A DNA stretch of 64,000 nucleotides from an uncultured Chloroflexia bacterium (GCA_963840375.1 CAWIYR010000003.1:327856-391855); one strand, 5' to 3'; shown: positions 40,745-50,886, counted from the stretch's first letter. The notes: generated by a model from the letters alone, not told the origin. Made by a program: numbers and translations.

Positions 40745-41497
40745 CTACTGGTCGATCAGGGCGACCTTGGCGGCGATCGCGGTGAAGGCTGCCCGGTCGA
40801 TGCCCGTGCCGGTGAGGACCCAGGCCGGGTTCGCCGTCTGGTCCACGACAGCCACCAACCCGGCGGTGCCGGCGTCGACGAGGGCGGCCTGCCGGTCGCC
40901 GAAGGCGACCTGGCCGAGGCTCGTGCCGGCGGGCACGCAGGGGGTCGTCTCCTGGCAGACCGCGCCCTCGTCCAGGACGATGCGCGCGCCGTCCGCCCGC
41001 CGTCGGTAGCTGATCGTCAACCGACCGCCGTTCTTGAGCCGGTAGGTGCCCTTCTCGACGGACCAGCCGCCCGGGAGGACGGCACAGTAGGCCGGCCAGG
41101 GGACCTCCTGGGCGAACGAGCTGAAGAAGTCCTTCGTGTCGCTCGAGCCGAAGCACCGGGCGGCCGCCCCGGCGGATGCGCTGCTCGACGGCCCGGCGGT
41201 CTCGCTGGGAGTCGGCTCCGGGCTGGGCGTCGGGGAGGGAGTGGGCTCCTCGGTGGGCTCGACGCTCGGCTCCTCGCTCGCCGGCGCCGTGAGGTCCGGA
41301 GAGGCGCCGGCACTCGGCCCGGAGCTCGCGGCACTCGGGCCGGTCGGGGCACCCGAGTCGGTCGGTCCGGGACCGGCGGGCGAGCAGGCCACCACGCTCA
41401 GGACCAGGAGGATGAGGACCGATCGACGATGGACGGATCCGGCCCGTGCGCGGCCTCGGCCGGCGATCGCAGGGGTCCCGGCGCGGGCTCGCATCAC
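40745..41497 (-). CDS. Hypothetical lipoprotein with S/P/T/E linker and Cys-containing C-terminal domain
   Basis: VVAC lipobox, low-complexity linker. Confidence 0.7.
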   Translation of the reverse strand: MMRARAGTPAIAGRGRARAGSVHRRSVLILLVLSVVACSPAGPGPTDSGAPTGPSAASSGPSAGASPDLTAPASEEPSVEPTEEPTPSPTPSPEPTPSETAGPSSSASAGAAARCFGSSDTKDFFSSFAQEVPWPAYCAVLPGGWSVEKGTYRLKNGGRLTISYRRRADGARIVLDEGAVCQETTPCVPAGTSLGQVAFGDRQAALVDAGTAGLVAVVDQTANPAWVLTGTGIDRAAFTAIAAKVALIDQ

Positions 41498-41529
41498 CCG
41501 ACCAGACTAGTCGCGGGAGGTGCGCCCGG

Positions 41530-42324
41530 TCAACGCGCCACGGCGACGGCCCGCCGGACGAAGCCGGGATCGACCCCGAAGACCGCGCGGATGCGGTCGT
41601 CCGCCAGCACCCGGCCGGGCGGACCGTCGGCCACGATCCGCCCACCGTCGATGAGGACCAGGCGGGGGAAGAAATGACTGGCCAGGCCCAGGTCGTGGAG
41701 GACGGCGAGGATCGTCGCCCCGTCGCGTTCGTTGAGGTCGACGAGGAGCTGCATCGCCTCGACCTGGTGCCGGAGGTCGAGGTGGACCGTCGGCTCGTCG
41801 AGGATGAGGATCGGCGCAGCCTGGGCCACGGCGAGGGCGAGCAGGACCAGCTGGCGCTCGCCGAGCGAGAGCTCACGGACGTCCCGGCCGAGCAGTCCGC
41901 CGATGCCGACCCGGTCGATCGCTGCGGCGACGGCCGCCCGGTCCGCCGGCCGATGTCCCCGGAACGGGTCCTCGTGGGGGAGCCGTCCCAGACCCACGAC
42001 CTCCTCGACCCGGGCCGAGAACGGCAGACTCGCGGCCTGGGGCACGACCGCGAGACGCCGGGCGATCGCCTGGCGGTCGAGCCGCTCGATCGGGTCGCCG
42101 GCCAGGACGACCCGGCCGGAGGTGGGCCGGAGCGTGCCGCCGACGACCCGCAGCAGGCTCGACTTCCCCGCCCCGTTCGGGCCCACGATCGCGACCCGCT
42201 CGCCCCGCTCGATCGTCAGGTCGATCCCGCGCAGGACGGGTCGCTCCCGGTAGGCGGCCGTGACGCCGCTGAGCTCGAGGATGGCTTCGCGGGCAGGGGC
42301 CGGTACGCCCCACGACTCGATCAC
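41530..42324 (-). CDS. Cobalamin/iron-chelate ABC transporter ATPase (BtuD-like)
   Basis: GPNGAGKS, LSLGERQ, LDEPT, HDL. Confidence 0.9.
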   Translation of the reverse strand: MIESWGVPAPAREAILELSGVTAAYRERPVLRGIDLTIERGERVAIVGPNGAGKSSLLRVVGGTLRPTSGRVVLAGDPIERLDRQAIARRLAVVPQAASLPFSARVEEVVGLGRLPHEDPFRGHRPADRAAVAAAIDRVGIGGLLGRDVRELSLGERQLVLLALAVAQAAPILILDEPTVHLDLRHQVEAMQLLVDLNERDGATILAVLHDLGLASHFFPRLVLIDGGRIVADGPPGRVLADDRIRAVFGVDPGFVRRAVAVAR

Positions 42325-43403
42325 AGCTCGTAGCCCGCCCGGGCGCGACGGAGCAGGAGGAGGAAGAACGGCGCCCCGATCACCGCGGTGACCACGCCGA
42401 CCGGGATGTTCCCGACCAGCCGCGCGACGAGGTCCGCGGAGGCGAGGAGACAGGCGCCGATCAGCGCCGAGAGCGGCAGGACCAGGCGGGCGTTCGGGCC
42501 CACGACGAGCCGGACGACGTGGGGCACGACGAGACCGACGAACCCGATGAGCCCGGCGACCGAGACCGCGGCGGCCGTGATGAGGCTGGCCAGTCCGAGC
42601 AGGATGGCTCGCTCCCGGCGGACGTCGACCCCGAGGTGGGCGGCAGACTCCTCGCCCAGCAGGAACCCGTTCAACGAGCGAGCCCGGGCGAGGATGGCGA
42701 TCGTGGCCAGGAGGACGATCGGCGTCGTCAGGGCGAGCTGGAGCCACGAAGCGCCCTCGAAGCCGCCCAGCAGGAAGAAGAAGATCTGGCGCAGGTTCGT
42801 CCCCGACAGGTACATCGTCATCGCCAGCCCGGCAGCGAGGAGCGAGCCGACGGCGTAGCCGGTGAGGAGCAGGCTGGTCAGCGGGGCGAGCGGCCCGGTC
42901 CGGCTGAAGCGGTAGACCGCGACGACCGCGATCAGCGCACCCACGAACGCGAAGAGCTGGACGAGTCCGAACTCGAAGACGACGATCCGGATCGGGATGA
43001 GGACCGCGATCGCCGCGCCGAGGGCGGCTCCGGAGGCGGTCCCCAGGACGTACGGGTCCGCGAGCGGGTTGCGGAGGATCCCCTGGAAGGTCACGCCGGC
43101 CACCGCCAGCCCCAGCCCGACGACCATCGCCGAGAGGACCCGGGGCAGGCGGAGGTCCATGACGATCGTCTCCGTCGCCGGCGTCCAGGCACCGCCGAGC
43201 TCGATCCCGAGGAGCCGGTGAGCGAGGATCGCGACCGTCTCGGATGGTGCGACCGGGACGGTCCCCAGGCCGACGCCCAGGATCAGCACGACGACGAGGG
43301 CGATCACGCTCGCGCCGAGGAGCAGCCACGGTCGGGTCCGGGCGCGCTCGAGCCGGCCAGGACCCACGAGGGGCACGCCAAGGACCTCGCCGCGGGTGGC
43401 CAC
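42321..43403 (-). CDS. Cobalamin/iron-chelate ABC permease (BtuC/FecCD)
   Basis: LRLPR, RNPLADP, IGFVGLVVPH. Confidence 0.9.
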   Translation of the reverse strand: MATRGEVLGVPLVGPGRLERARTRPWLLLGASVIALVVVLILGVGLGTVPVAPSETVAILAHRLLGIELGGAWTPATETIVMDLRLPRVLSAMVVGLGLAVAGVTFQGILRNPLADPYVLGTASGAALGAAIAVLIPIRIVVFEFGLVQLFAFVGALIAVVAVYRFSRTGPLAPLTSLLLTGYAVGSLLAAGLAMTMYLSGTNLRQIFFFLLGGFEGASWLQLALTTPIVLLATIAILARARSLNGFLLGEESAAHLGVDVRRERAILLGLASLITAAAVSVAGLIGFVGLVVPHVVRLVVGPNARLVLPLSALIGACLLASADLVARLVGNIPVGVVTAVIGAPFFLLLLRRARAGYEL

Positions 43404-43405
43404 GG

Positions 43406-44560
43406 TCAGGGCGTCGCCGAGCCGGACGGCGCGGCCGTGGCGTCGCCAGACGGACCGGGCGACGCCGCCGGGAGGACCGTGGCGAGCTCGGGGTGGATGG
43501 CGATGGCCAGGTCGCGCAGCCCGTCCACCAGCCGTGGTCCCGGCCGGGTGACGAGGGTGTCGTTCGCGGGCCGGATCGCGCCGCTCCGGACCGCGGTCAT
43601 CGTCTCCCAGCCGGGTCGGGCCCTGACGATCTCGGCGGTCGTGCCGTACGCGCCGTCACCGAGGACGACGACCTCCGGATCGGAGGCGATGAGTGTCTCG
43701 AGCGGGATGCTGAAGACGTTCGGGTCGCCGGTCGTGATCGGCGTGCCGCCGGCCAGTTGGATCATCTGGGCCACGAACGAGTCCTTGGCCGGTCCGTAGA
43801 TCTCCTTCGTCGCGTCGAGCTCGTAGAAGGTCCGCGGCCGGGCAAGGTCCTTCGTCGCCGCAACCACCCCGTCGAAGCCGGCCCGCATCGAGGCGGTGAG
43901 GGCGCGGGCCGCGGGACCGGCGCCCACGGCGTCACCGGTCAGCTCGATGTCGTGGAGGACGCCATCGACGTCCTTGGCGTAGACGACGAGGACCGGGATC
44001 CCGGCCCGACGGAGCTGGGCGATCGCATCCGGCGAGTTGAACCTGTTCCCGCCCGCGACCACGAGGTCCGGCGCCAGCGCGACGATCTTCTCGACGTCGA
44101 CCCCCTGGTAGGTCGCGACGTGGGGCAGCTTCGTGACCTCGGGCGGGTAGTCGTCGAAGTCGGTCGTCGCCACGACCCGCGGGCCGGCGCCGAGTGCGAA
44201 GAGCGTCTCGGTCGTGGCCGGGGTGAGCGAGACGATCTTCGCCGGGGCGGCCTTGAGGACGACGGCGCCCCCCTCGTCGTCGACGAGGGTGAGCGGGAAG
44301 CTGGCGGCGGCGGCCGGCGAGGCGCTCGGCGAACCCGCGGGCCCGGAGGCGCTCGCGGCCGGCGCCACGGCGCCGCTCGCGTCGGGCGGGATCGAGACCG
44401 GGGTCGCGGCAGCCGGCGACGAGCACGCGCCGACGACGAGGGCGATCGCGGCCAGGCCGGCCAGGACGGGCCCACGTCCCCGGAGAGCGCGCGTCGGCCG
44501 ACGCCCGGGTACGGCGAACCCCTCGCCGTGGTCCGGTCGAGGGGCGGAAGTCGGGTCCAC
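43406..44560 (-). CDS. Cobalamin-binding lipoprotein (BtuF-like)
   Basis: VGAC lipobox, IVSLTP..TE.LFALG, RPGPRL; downstream of a cobalamin riboswitch. Confidence 0.88.
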   Translation of the reverse strand: MDPTSAPRPDHGEGFAVPGRRPTRALRGRGPVLAGLAAIALVVGACSSPAAATPVSIPPDASGAVAPAASASGPAGSPSASPAAAASFPLTLVDDEGGAVVLKAAPAKIVSLTPATTETLFALGAGPRVVATTDFDDYPPEVTKLPHVATYQGVDVEKIVALAPDLVVAGGNRFNSPDAIAQLRRAGIPVLVVYAKDVDGVLHDIELTGDAVGAGPAARALTASMRAGFDGVVAATKDLARPRTFYELDATKEIYGPAKDSFVAQMIQLAGGTPITTGDPNVFSIPLETLIASDPEVVVLGDGAYGTTAEIVRARPGWETMTAVRSGAIRPANDTLVTRPGPRLVDGLRDLAIAIHPELATVLPAASPGPSGDATAAPSGSATP

Positions 44561-44594
44561 GGATGCCTACCCTTTCTCACGAAGGTTCGAGCAT

Positions 44595-44720
44595 GACCGA
44601 GGGGCCGGCGACCGGACTCGCGCGATCGTTCCGGGCCCATGGACCCGGGACACCGCGACCACCGTAGCGGGACTGTGCCGGGATCTCACCGGCTTCGCGA
44701 CCCAGCGGTCTGACGTATGC
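44595..44720 (-). ncRNA. Cobalamin riboswitch
   Basis: Minus strand GAAGCCGGTGAGATCCCGGCACAGTCCCGCTACGGTG...GAGTCCGGTCGCC upstream of btuF; TGGTACCCT extended -10 near 44734-44742. Confidence 0.85.
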
Positions 44721-44899
44721 GATTGACTCCCGGAGGGTACCACGCGACCCCGGTCCGGGGCGCGACCGAGAGGGGTCCGCACGGCTGAGCATCGACCTCC
44801 CGGGCCTGGGTGAGTCGCCGGTGAGCGGCCTCGGGCAGACTCCCCGCCTCGCCCTCCTCCCGCCTCCCCTCAGCTCCGATCCCGCCGGAGGAGGTCATC

Positions 44900-45679
44900 G
44901 TGGACATCCGGATCCGTGCCCGTCGATGGCGGTCGCTCGGACCGCCGATCCTCGCCATCGTCGCGGTCGTGACGTCGTCGGTCGGACCCACCACCAGGCC
45001 GGCCGCAGCCGCCTATCAGGCCACCGCGGATTCGAACGAATCCGCGTTCGAGCCACCCTGCATCGGCTGGGACGACCCCCATCCGGAGCGGATGCTCAGC
45101 CTCGCCGTCAGCGGGTTGACCGCGCTCGGCTACAGCGTGGGCGGATACAAGGGCGCGGCCTTCACGAAGGCCCACACCCTGAACCGGACGACCGGGGACT
45201 GGTCCTACTATGTCCATTCCCACGGCGACTACTACTGGTACACGCCGGAGCAGCGCCGGTACTCGGGGTTCCGGGAGGACTCCGGGGACTGCAACCAGGC
45301 GATCGTCTTCTCCAAGGAGATCCGGGACAGGCGGGCCGGTCGGGTCTCGAACCTGGTCGTCATCTCGACCTGCTACAACGGCGACTCCTATACCACCCTG
45401 CCGGGCGCGTTCGGGATCGGCAAGACGAAGGCCGGCGAGCTCCACTGGAACGGGCCCGAGTTCTACCTGGGCTATCTCGGCGAGGCCTACGACAACGACG
45501 AGGAGACCTTCGAGGTCGCCTTCTGGGACGCCCTGAAGAAGGGCAAGGGCGTGGGGCCCGCCTTCGACCTGGCGATGCTCGGGCGCTTCACCCACGCGGA
45601 CTTCGACGCGGACTGGTGGGGCAGCTATGTCTGGTCGGGCCGGGCTGGCCCGGGCGGCACGTGCCCATCGTGTCAGTAG
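44900..45679 (+). CDS. Secreted protein with caspase/gingipain-like (clan CD) His-Cys motifs
   Basis: GGAGGAGG SD, signal peptide, YYVHSHG, LVVISTC, FYLGY..FW.AL; C-terminal CPSC. Confidence 0.7.
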   Translation: MDIRIRARRWRSLGPPILAIVAVVTSSVGPTTRPAAAAYQATADSNESAFEPPCIGWDDPHPERMLSLAVSGLTALGYSVGGYKGAAFTKAHTLNRTTGDWSYYVHSHGDYYWYTPEQRRYSGFREDSGDCNQAIVFSKEIRDRRAGRVSNLVVISTCYNGDSYTTLPGAFGIGKTKAGELHWNGPEFYLGYLGEAYDNDEETFEVAFWDALKKGKGVGPAFDLAMLGRFTHADFDADWWGSYVWSGRAGPGGTCPSCQ

Positions 45680-45689
45680 GAGTCGTGCC

Positions 45690-46628
45690 ATGCAGCGTTC
45701 CCTTCGACCGGTCATCCGACCGGATCTCCGTCCGGCGCGGTGGCTCGGCGCCATCGCCGTCGCCCTCGGCCTGGTGGCCCTGCTCGTGAGCGGACCGTCC
45801 CGACCCGTCACCGGGGCCGATCCGTATGTCACCGGCGGCGACCTGACCCGGGTCAGCGCGATCCAGGGGACCCAGGCTGCCGCCGTCGCGGTGCGGGCCG
45901 CCGGCCACGAACGTGTCCTCAGCCTGGCCACCCCGGCCCACCGGACCATGCAGCTGGTCGCCGACCGGCGCGAGGGGCGGGCGTACGTCGAGGTGACCGA
46001 CCTCGACGGGCGAGGCCGACCGCTCGCCGTCCTCCGCTACGGGACGAACGGACGGCTCACGGCCGCGGTCCGACTCGGCTGGAGCCCGGGCGGCGGCCGG
46101 GCGCTCGGGACCGCGACGGAGGCCGCCGGCGCCGGTCTCCGACTCGCCCGGTCCGTCGGCGCGGAGCCGACCGGAACCGTCCGCGCCACGCGCCGGACCG
46201 GCGGCGGCTGGACCGTCGCCTGGCCGCGGGTCGTCGGCGGCGTGCCCGTCCCGGGCGACGGCCTCCGGGTCCAGCTCTGGGCGGATGGCTCGTTCCACGC
46301 CCTCGCGTCCTCCGAGCGGACCCTCGCGACACGGCCATCGGCGATGCGTGAACGAGCCGAGGCCGAGGCGATCGTCGGAGGCTGGCTCGACCGCTGGTTC
46401 CCCGGCCGGTCACGAGCCGAGGCCCGGATCGTCGACGCGGCACTGGCCTGGGTCGCCCCGAACGACACGTTCGACGCGGCCCGACCGGACGCCCCGGGCG
46501 ACGTCCTCCGGCTGGCCTGGGTCGTCCGGGTCCGCTCCGTCGGGCCGCTTGCCGAGTCCCTCCGTGGTCTCGAGGTGGCGGTCGACGCCGGAGACGGCTC
46601 CCTCCTCGGTGGCGACGTCCTCCGATGA
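45690..46628 (+). CDS. Exported protein with FTP/PepSY-like (propeptide-type) domains
   Basis: N-terminal TM/signal; WPRVVGGVPVPGDGLRVQL..DG, LAWVVRV..VAVDAGDGSLLG. Confidence 0.6.
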   Translation: MQRSLRPVIRPDLRPARWLGAIAVALGLVALLVSGPSRPVTGADPYVTGGDLTRVSAIQGTQAAAVAVRAAGHERVLSLATPAHRTMQLVADRREGRAYVEVTDLDGRGRPLAVLRYGTNGRLTAAVRLGWSPGGGRALGTATEAAGAGLRLARSVGAEPTGTVRATRRTGGGWTVAWPRVVGGVPVPGDGLRVQLWADGSFHALASSERTLATRPSAMRERAEAEAIVGGWLDRWFPGRSRAEARIVDAALAWVAPNDTFDAARPDAPGDVLRLAWVVRVRSVGPLAESLRGLEVAVDAGDGSLLGGDVLR

Positions 46629-47737
46629 CCGCCGGCCGACGCCCGCCGTCGATGACGGGCACGGGCCGAAAGGCCCGGCTCGTCGTCGCGGCGGCCGGCC
46701 GCGCCCTCGCACTCGTCGTCGCGCTCGGGATCCCGTCCGGTTGCCTCGACCGGGCGCCGTCCCCATCCCCGACCAGCGCGTCGCCCACGGCCGCGCCCGG
46801 CGAGTCCACGCCGACAGCGACGCCGGAGTCGGCGCCGCCCGCGACGGACCCACGGTCGGGGCTGCTCGTGCTGGCCGGGCGGGTCGGCGCCATGGCCCTC
46901 GCCCGATACGGGCCGGACGGGCGGCCGGCCCCGATCCCGCTCCCCGAGCCCGGCGTCGCCTGGATCTCCGCCGGTCCGGATGGGCGGCTCCTCGCGACGA
47001 CCCTCGACGGCCGGGCCTTCCTTGGGACCGCGGTCCCCCCGGACGGGCGGCCGGCCTGGCGCGTCCTGGGCTCCACGGCCCCGGCCGGGACACCGCCGCT
47101 CCGGCTCTCCTTCGGCACGCTCTCCCCCGACGGATCCCTCGCGGCCTTCCTCGCGACCGGCGGCGACGCGCCCGGGGCATCGCTCGTGCGCATCGACGTC
47201 GCGACCGGTCGGACGAGCGCGCTCCCCCTCGGCGGCGAGGCGACGGGCTGGCCACCGGCCTGGCTCGGCGCGCGCCTGATGGTGGCCCGACGGGTCGCCG
47301 CCGATCGCGTCGAGCTGGCGGTCGCGGGCGCCGACCGCCTCGTGCCGTGGTCCGGACCACCCGTCGATCCGAGCGCTGGGGGCGCCGGATCGGACGGGGT
47401 CGGCGGGATCGGCGGGTCCGCCGACGGTCGGGTCGTGGCTGTCCTCGAGCCCGGCTACGACACCGTCGCCATCGTCGCGGCGACCGTGGCGAACGACCCG
47501 ATCGGGTCCGGGGCACCCTGGGCCCGCCTCCGCCTCGAGCCGCTGGCCGACGGATCGGCCCTGGCGGCCTGGATCGCCCTGTCGCCCGACGCGACTCGCC
47601 TCGCCGTCGTCCGGGTCGATGCTCCCGGCGACGCCGTCGGGGTCGAGATCCGTACCGCTGCCGCCGGCTGGCGCCGGGTCGCCGGGCTCGACCTGCCGGT
47701 CGGGGCCGATCGAGCGGTCGTGAGCTGGATGCCCTGA
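46625..47737 (+). CDS. Hypothetical lipoprotein, possible beta-propeller
   Basis: PSGC lipobox-like site, S/P/T linker, repeated SPDG-type turns. Confidence 0.55.
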   Translation: MTAGRRPPSMTGTGRKARLVVAAAGRALALVVALGIPSGCLDRAPSPSPTSASPTAAPGESTPTATPESAPPATDPRSGLLVLAGRVGAMALARYGPDGRPAPIPLPEPGVAWISAGPDGRLLATTLDGRAFLGTAVPPDGRPAWRVLGSTAPAGTPPLRLSFGTLSPDGSLAAFLATGGDAPGASLVRIDVATGRTSALPLGGEATGWPPAWLGARLMVARRVAADRVELAVAGADRLVPWSGPPVDPSAGGAGSDGVGGIGGSADGRVVAVLEPGYDTVAIVAATVANDPIGSGAPWARLRLEPLADGSALAAWIALSPDATRLAVVRVDAPGDAVGVEIRTAAAGWRRVAGLDLPVGADRAVVSWMP

Positions 47738-47741
47738 ACCC

Positions 47742-47791
47742 GCCTCGTGGCGTCGGACGACCCGACCGTCCGCTCCCGGACGCCACGAGGC
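47742..47791. terminator. 13-bp inverted repeat between convergent genes (putative terminator)
   Basis: GCCTCGTGGCGTC / GACGCCACGAGGC; no U-tract. Confidence 0.55.
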
Positions 47792-47846
47792 CCGGCTCGA
47801 TGGCCGGGCCTCGGATGCTCGTGGGCGGCCCCGCGGGCCGCGCCGG

Positions 47847-48134
47847 TCAGGCGGTGACGGCCTCGGCGGGAACCTCCGGGGCGCTGAAGATCGAGACCTG
47901 GGCCTCCTCGGGGAGCATGACCCCGAAGATCTTCTGGAGAGCGAGCAGGTGGACGCAGGAGTTCCAGCTCTCGAAGTAGTGGCAGGTGCAGTGCCAACTA
48001 CCGGCGTCGAGGCTCACGTGATGGGTGTCGTTGTCACCGTGGAACGTGAGGCTGAGGCGATCGATCGTGATCCGATCGAGCTCGCGTGCGTAGCGGTTCG
48101 CCTTCTCGACCTTGCCGATGAGAGAGCTGTGCAT
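47847..48134 (-). CDS. Small SWIM-type zinc-finger protein
   Basis: WHCTCHYF....SCVH (CxCx8CxH); GGAGG SD. Confidence 0.8.
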   Translation of the reverse strand: MHSSLIGKVEKANRYARELDRITIDRLSLTFHGDNDTHHVSLDAGSWHCTCHYFESWNSCVHLLALQKIFGVMLPEEAQVSIFSAPEVPAEAVTA

Positions 48135-48325
48135 CGTCGAGGATCCTCCGTCGCCCAGGGGCGCTCATGAGGCCGCCGTCCGGTCACTGCACCGTCGACC
48201 GGTGGTAGCGGTCGCTGGCCAAACCATACACCCGGTCCTGCGCCGACGGGAGACCCGAATCGGCAGCCCGTCAGGTCCCGCTCGTACCCGACGCTCGAGA
48301 CGGGCCGAGCGCCCCGCCGCGACGC

Positions 48326-49807
48326 TCAGGCGTCCCGGACCAGCCGCTCCCCGGCCGCGACCATCGCCTCGCGGACGTCGGCCGTGGTGGCCTCCGTGTA
48401 GACCCGGACGAGCGGTTCGGTCCCGCTGAAGCGGACCAGCAGCCACGAGCCGTCGGTCACGAAGAACTTGAAGCCGTCGTTCGTCGCCAGGGTGTCCGTC
48501 CGGACGACCGGCTCGCCGGCGAGCTCGGCCGGGGCGTGCGTCCGGAGGTCGACGAGGAGTCGGTCCTTGAGCGCAGGGTAGGCGGCCCGATCGACGTGGA
48601 CGTCCACCCGGCGGTAGAACGACGGTCCGGCAAGCTCGTGGAAGGCCGCGATCGCCTTCGACACGGGCCAGCGCCCGGCCGCCCGCTCGCGGAGGAACAG
48701 GTCGAGCAGGAGGAGGTCGGCATAGACCCCGTCGCGCTCCGGCAGGTGCATCCCGAACCCGAACCCGCCCGACTCCTCGGCGCCCATCATCGCGCCGGTC
48801 TCGATCATCTTCGGGCCGATGTACTTGAAGCCGACCGAGGTCTCGTGGACCTCGATCCCGTAGTGCCGGCCGAGCCGTTCGGCCATCGCCGTGTTGTTCA
48901 CGCTGATGACCACCGGGTCGCGCCAGCCGCGGTACTCGGCCAGGTAGTACATCAGGAGGCCGGTCACCTGGAGCTGGTGGATGAACGTGCCCTGCTCGTC
49001 GGCCGCGCCGGCCCGGTCGGCGTCGCCGTCGAGGAGGAGTCCCAGGTCGTAGCCACCGGCGGCGATGATCCCGAGGGCCTCGTCGACGTTCGGCCGGATC
49101 GGCTCCGGGTTCACCCCGCCGAAGTACGGGTTGCGCTCCTGGTGGATCTCGTTGACCCGGATCCGGCCGCCGGCCAGGAGCCGGGAGATCCAGCCCGCAC
49201 CCGCACCCCACATCGGCTCCACGAGGATCGACGCGTCGGCCGCCCGGAGGGCGTCGACGTCCACGGTCCGGCGGACGAAGCGCTCGTAGCCCTCGAACGG
49301 GTCGAACCACTCGACGAGGCCGGCGGCTTCCGCGTCGGCGAACGGCCGGCGCTCGATCGCGGTCCCGCCGTTGCGGGCGATCTCGGCCTCGATGACGCCG
49401 AGGATGTCGGCCCCTGCCGCAGAGCCGGTCGGCGCCTTGACCTTGAACCCGTTGTCGGTCCACGGGTTGTGGCTGGCGGTGATGACCACCCCGGCGGCGG
49501 ACCCGCGCTCGACGACCTCGTAGCTCGACATCTGGGTGGGCACCGCCCCGCGGGCGAACGCGACCGGGATGTCGTGGGCAAGGAGGACCTCCGCGGCGGC
49601 GGCGGCGAAGTGCTCGCTGGCGAACCGCCGGTCGTAGGCGACGACGACGCCGCGCGCCTGCTCGCCGCGATCGACCACGTATCGGGCGACGCCGGCCGCG
49701 CACCGGCGGACGTTCTCGAACGTGTACTCGTCGGCGACCTTCGCCCGCCAGCCATCGGTCCCGAAGACGATCCTCGTCGGCGCGGGGACCTCGGCGATGT
49801 TCGTCAC
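48326..49807 (-). CDS. Phosphoglucomutase/phosphomannomutase
   Basis: FGTDGWR, TASHNP, DGDADR, EESGG, RFSGTEP. Confidence 0.92.
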   Translation of the reverse strand: MTNIAEVPAPTRIVFGTDGWRAKVADEYTFENVRRCAAGVARYVVDRGEQARGVVVAYDRRFASEHFAAAAAEVLLAHDIPVAFARGAVPTQMSSYEVVERGSAAGVVITASHNPWTDNGFKVKAPTGSAAGADILGVIEAEIARNGGTAIERRPFADAEAAGLVEWFDPFEGYERFVRRTVDVDALRAADASILVEPMWGAGAGWISRLLAGGRIRVNEIHQERNPYFGGVNPEPIRPNVDEALGIIAAGGYDLGLLLDGDADRAGAADEQGTFIHQLQVTGLLMYYLAEYRGWRDPVVISVNNTAMAERLGRHYGIEVHETSVGFKYIGPKMIETGAMMGAEESGGFGFGMHLPERDGVYADLLLLDLFLRERAAGRWPVSKAIAAFHELAGPSFYRRVDVHVDRAAYPALKDRLLVDLRTHAPAELAGEPVVRTDTLATNDGFKFFVTDGSWLLVRFSGTEPLVRVYTEATTADVREAMVAAGERLVRDA

Positions 49808-50886
49808 GGTCTCGTCTCCTGTCGATCGACTCGATCGAGGAGGGCCTCGATCCGGTCTCGGCTCGCGCGGGCCCGCTCGAGCAGTGCGCTCGGCGTGGGA
49901 CCGAGGATAGCGCGTGGCCCGTCGAGGAGGACGAGCCGACCGCCTTCGCCCCCCTCGCGCTCGACCACGAGATCGTCCGGCCCGGCGGTCGCCGGCTCGC
50001 CGGCCTGGATCACCCGGCCGGTGCCGACGGCGCCGATCGCCCCGAGCAGCGCGGTCCAGCTCCCGAGGTCGCTCCAGCCGACGTCCATCGAGCCCATCGC
50101 GACGAGACCGGCCCGGGCGGCCGGCTCCATGACCGCGTAGTCGATCGAGGTCGCCCGGACCGCGTCGTACGCCTCGCCGAGGCGACCGCCCACGAGACCG
50201 GCCTCGACCGTCACGAGGATGTCCGGCGCGAACCGCTCGAGCGCGTCGCGGATCGCCCGGCGCTGCCAGACGAACATCCCGGCGTTCCAGGCGACACCCG
50301 GGGCAGCGCGGAGGACCTCCGCCCGATCCCGATCCGGCTTCTCCTCGAACCGCTCGAGGGGGTAGGCGCGCAGCCCGTGGACCGTCGCTCCCCGGGCGAC
50401 GTCGGGGATGAGGTAGCCGAACTCGGTGGCCGCCCGATCGACCCGGACGCCGAGCGTCACGAGGGGGGGAACGGTCATCTCGAACGCCCCGCGCGCGAGA
50501 CCCGCCTCCGCGTCGCCGATCACGCCGCGGAAGGCCGCCTCGTCCTCGATCAGCTGATCGGCCGGCAGGACGACCATCACCTCGTCCTCGGGCCGCTCGA
50601 TGGCCAGCGTCGCCAGGGCGATCGCCGCCGCGGTGTTGCGGCCCTCGGGTTCCTCGAGGATGGTCACCCCGGGCGCCTGGTCGCGGGCAAGGGCGGCATA
50701 GCGGCCCGCGGCGACCACCGTCACGTCGGCCTGGGTCAGGCCCAGCTCCGGTCCCACGACCCGCCCGACGGAGCGCTCGAAGAGGGTGCCCTCCTCGAAC
50801 AGGCGGAGGAACGGCTTCGGTCGTTCCGGGCTGGACAGGGGCCACAGTCGGGTCCCGCCCCCGCCGGCCATGATCACGATGTACAT
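49804..50886 (-). CDS. manC: Mannose-1-phosphate guanylyltransferase
   Basis: IMAGGGGTRLWPLS..PKPF, EPEGRNTA, FEEKP, WNAGMF, SIDYAVME, WSDLGSW. Confidence 0.9.
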   Translation of the reverse strand: MYIVIMAGGGGTRLWPLSSPERPKPFLRLFEEGTLFERSVGRVVGPELGLTQADVTVVAAGRYAALARDQAPGVTILEEPEGRNTAAAIALATLAIERPEDEVMVVLPADQLIEDEAAFRGVIGDAEAGLARGAFEMTVPPLVTLGVRVDRAATEFGYLIPDVARGATVHGLRAYPLERFEEKPDRDRAEVLRAAPGVAWNAGMFVWQRRAIRDALERFAPDILVTVEAGLVGGRLGEAYDAVRATSIDYAVMEPAARAGLVAMGSMDVGWSDLGSWTALLGAIGAVGTGRVIQAGEPATAGPDDLVVEREGGEGGRLVLLDGPRAILGPTPSALLERARASRDRIEALLDRVDRQETRP

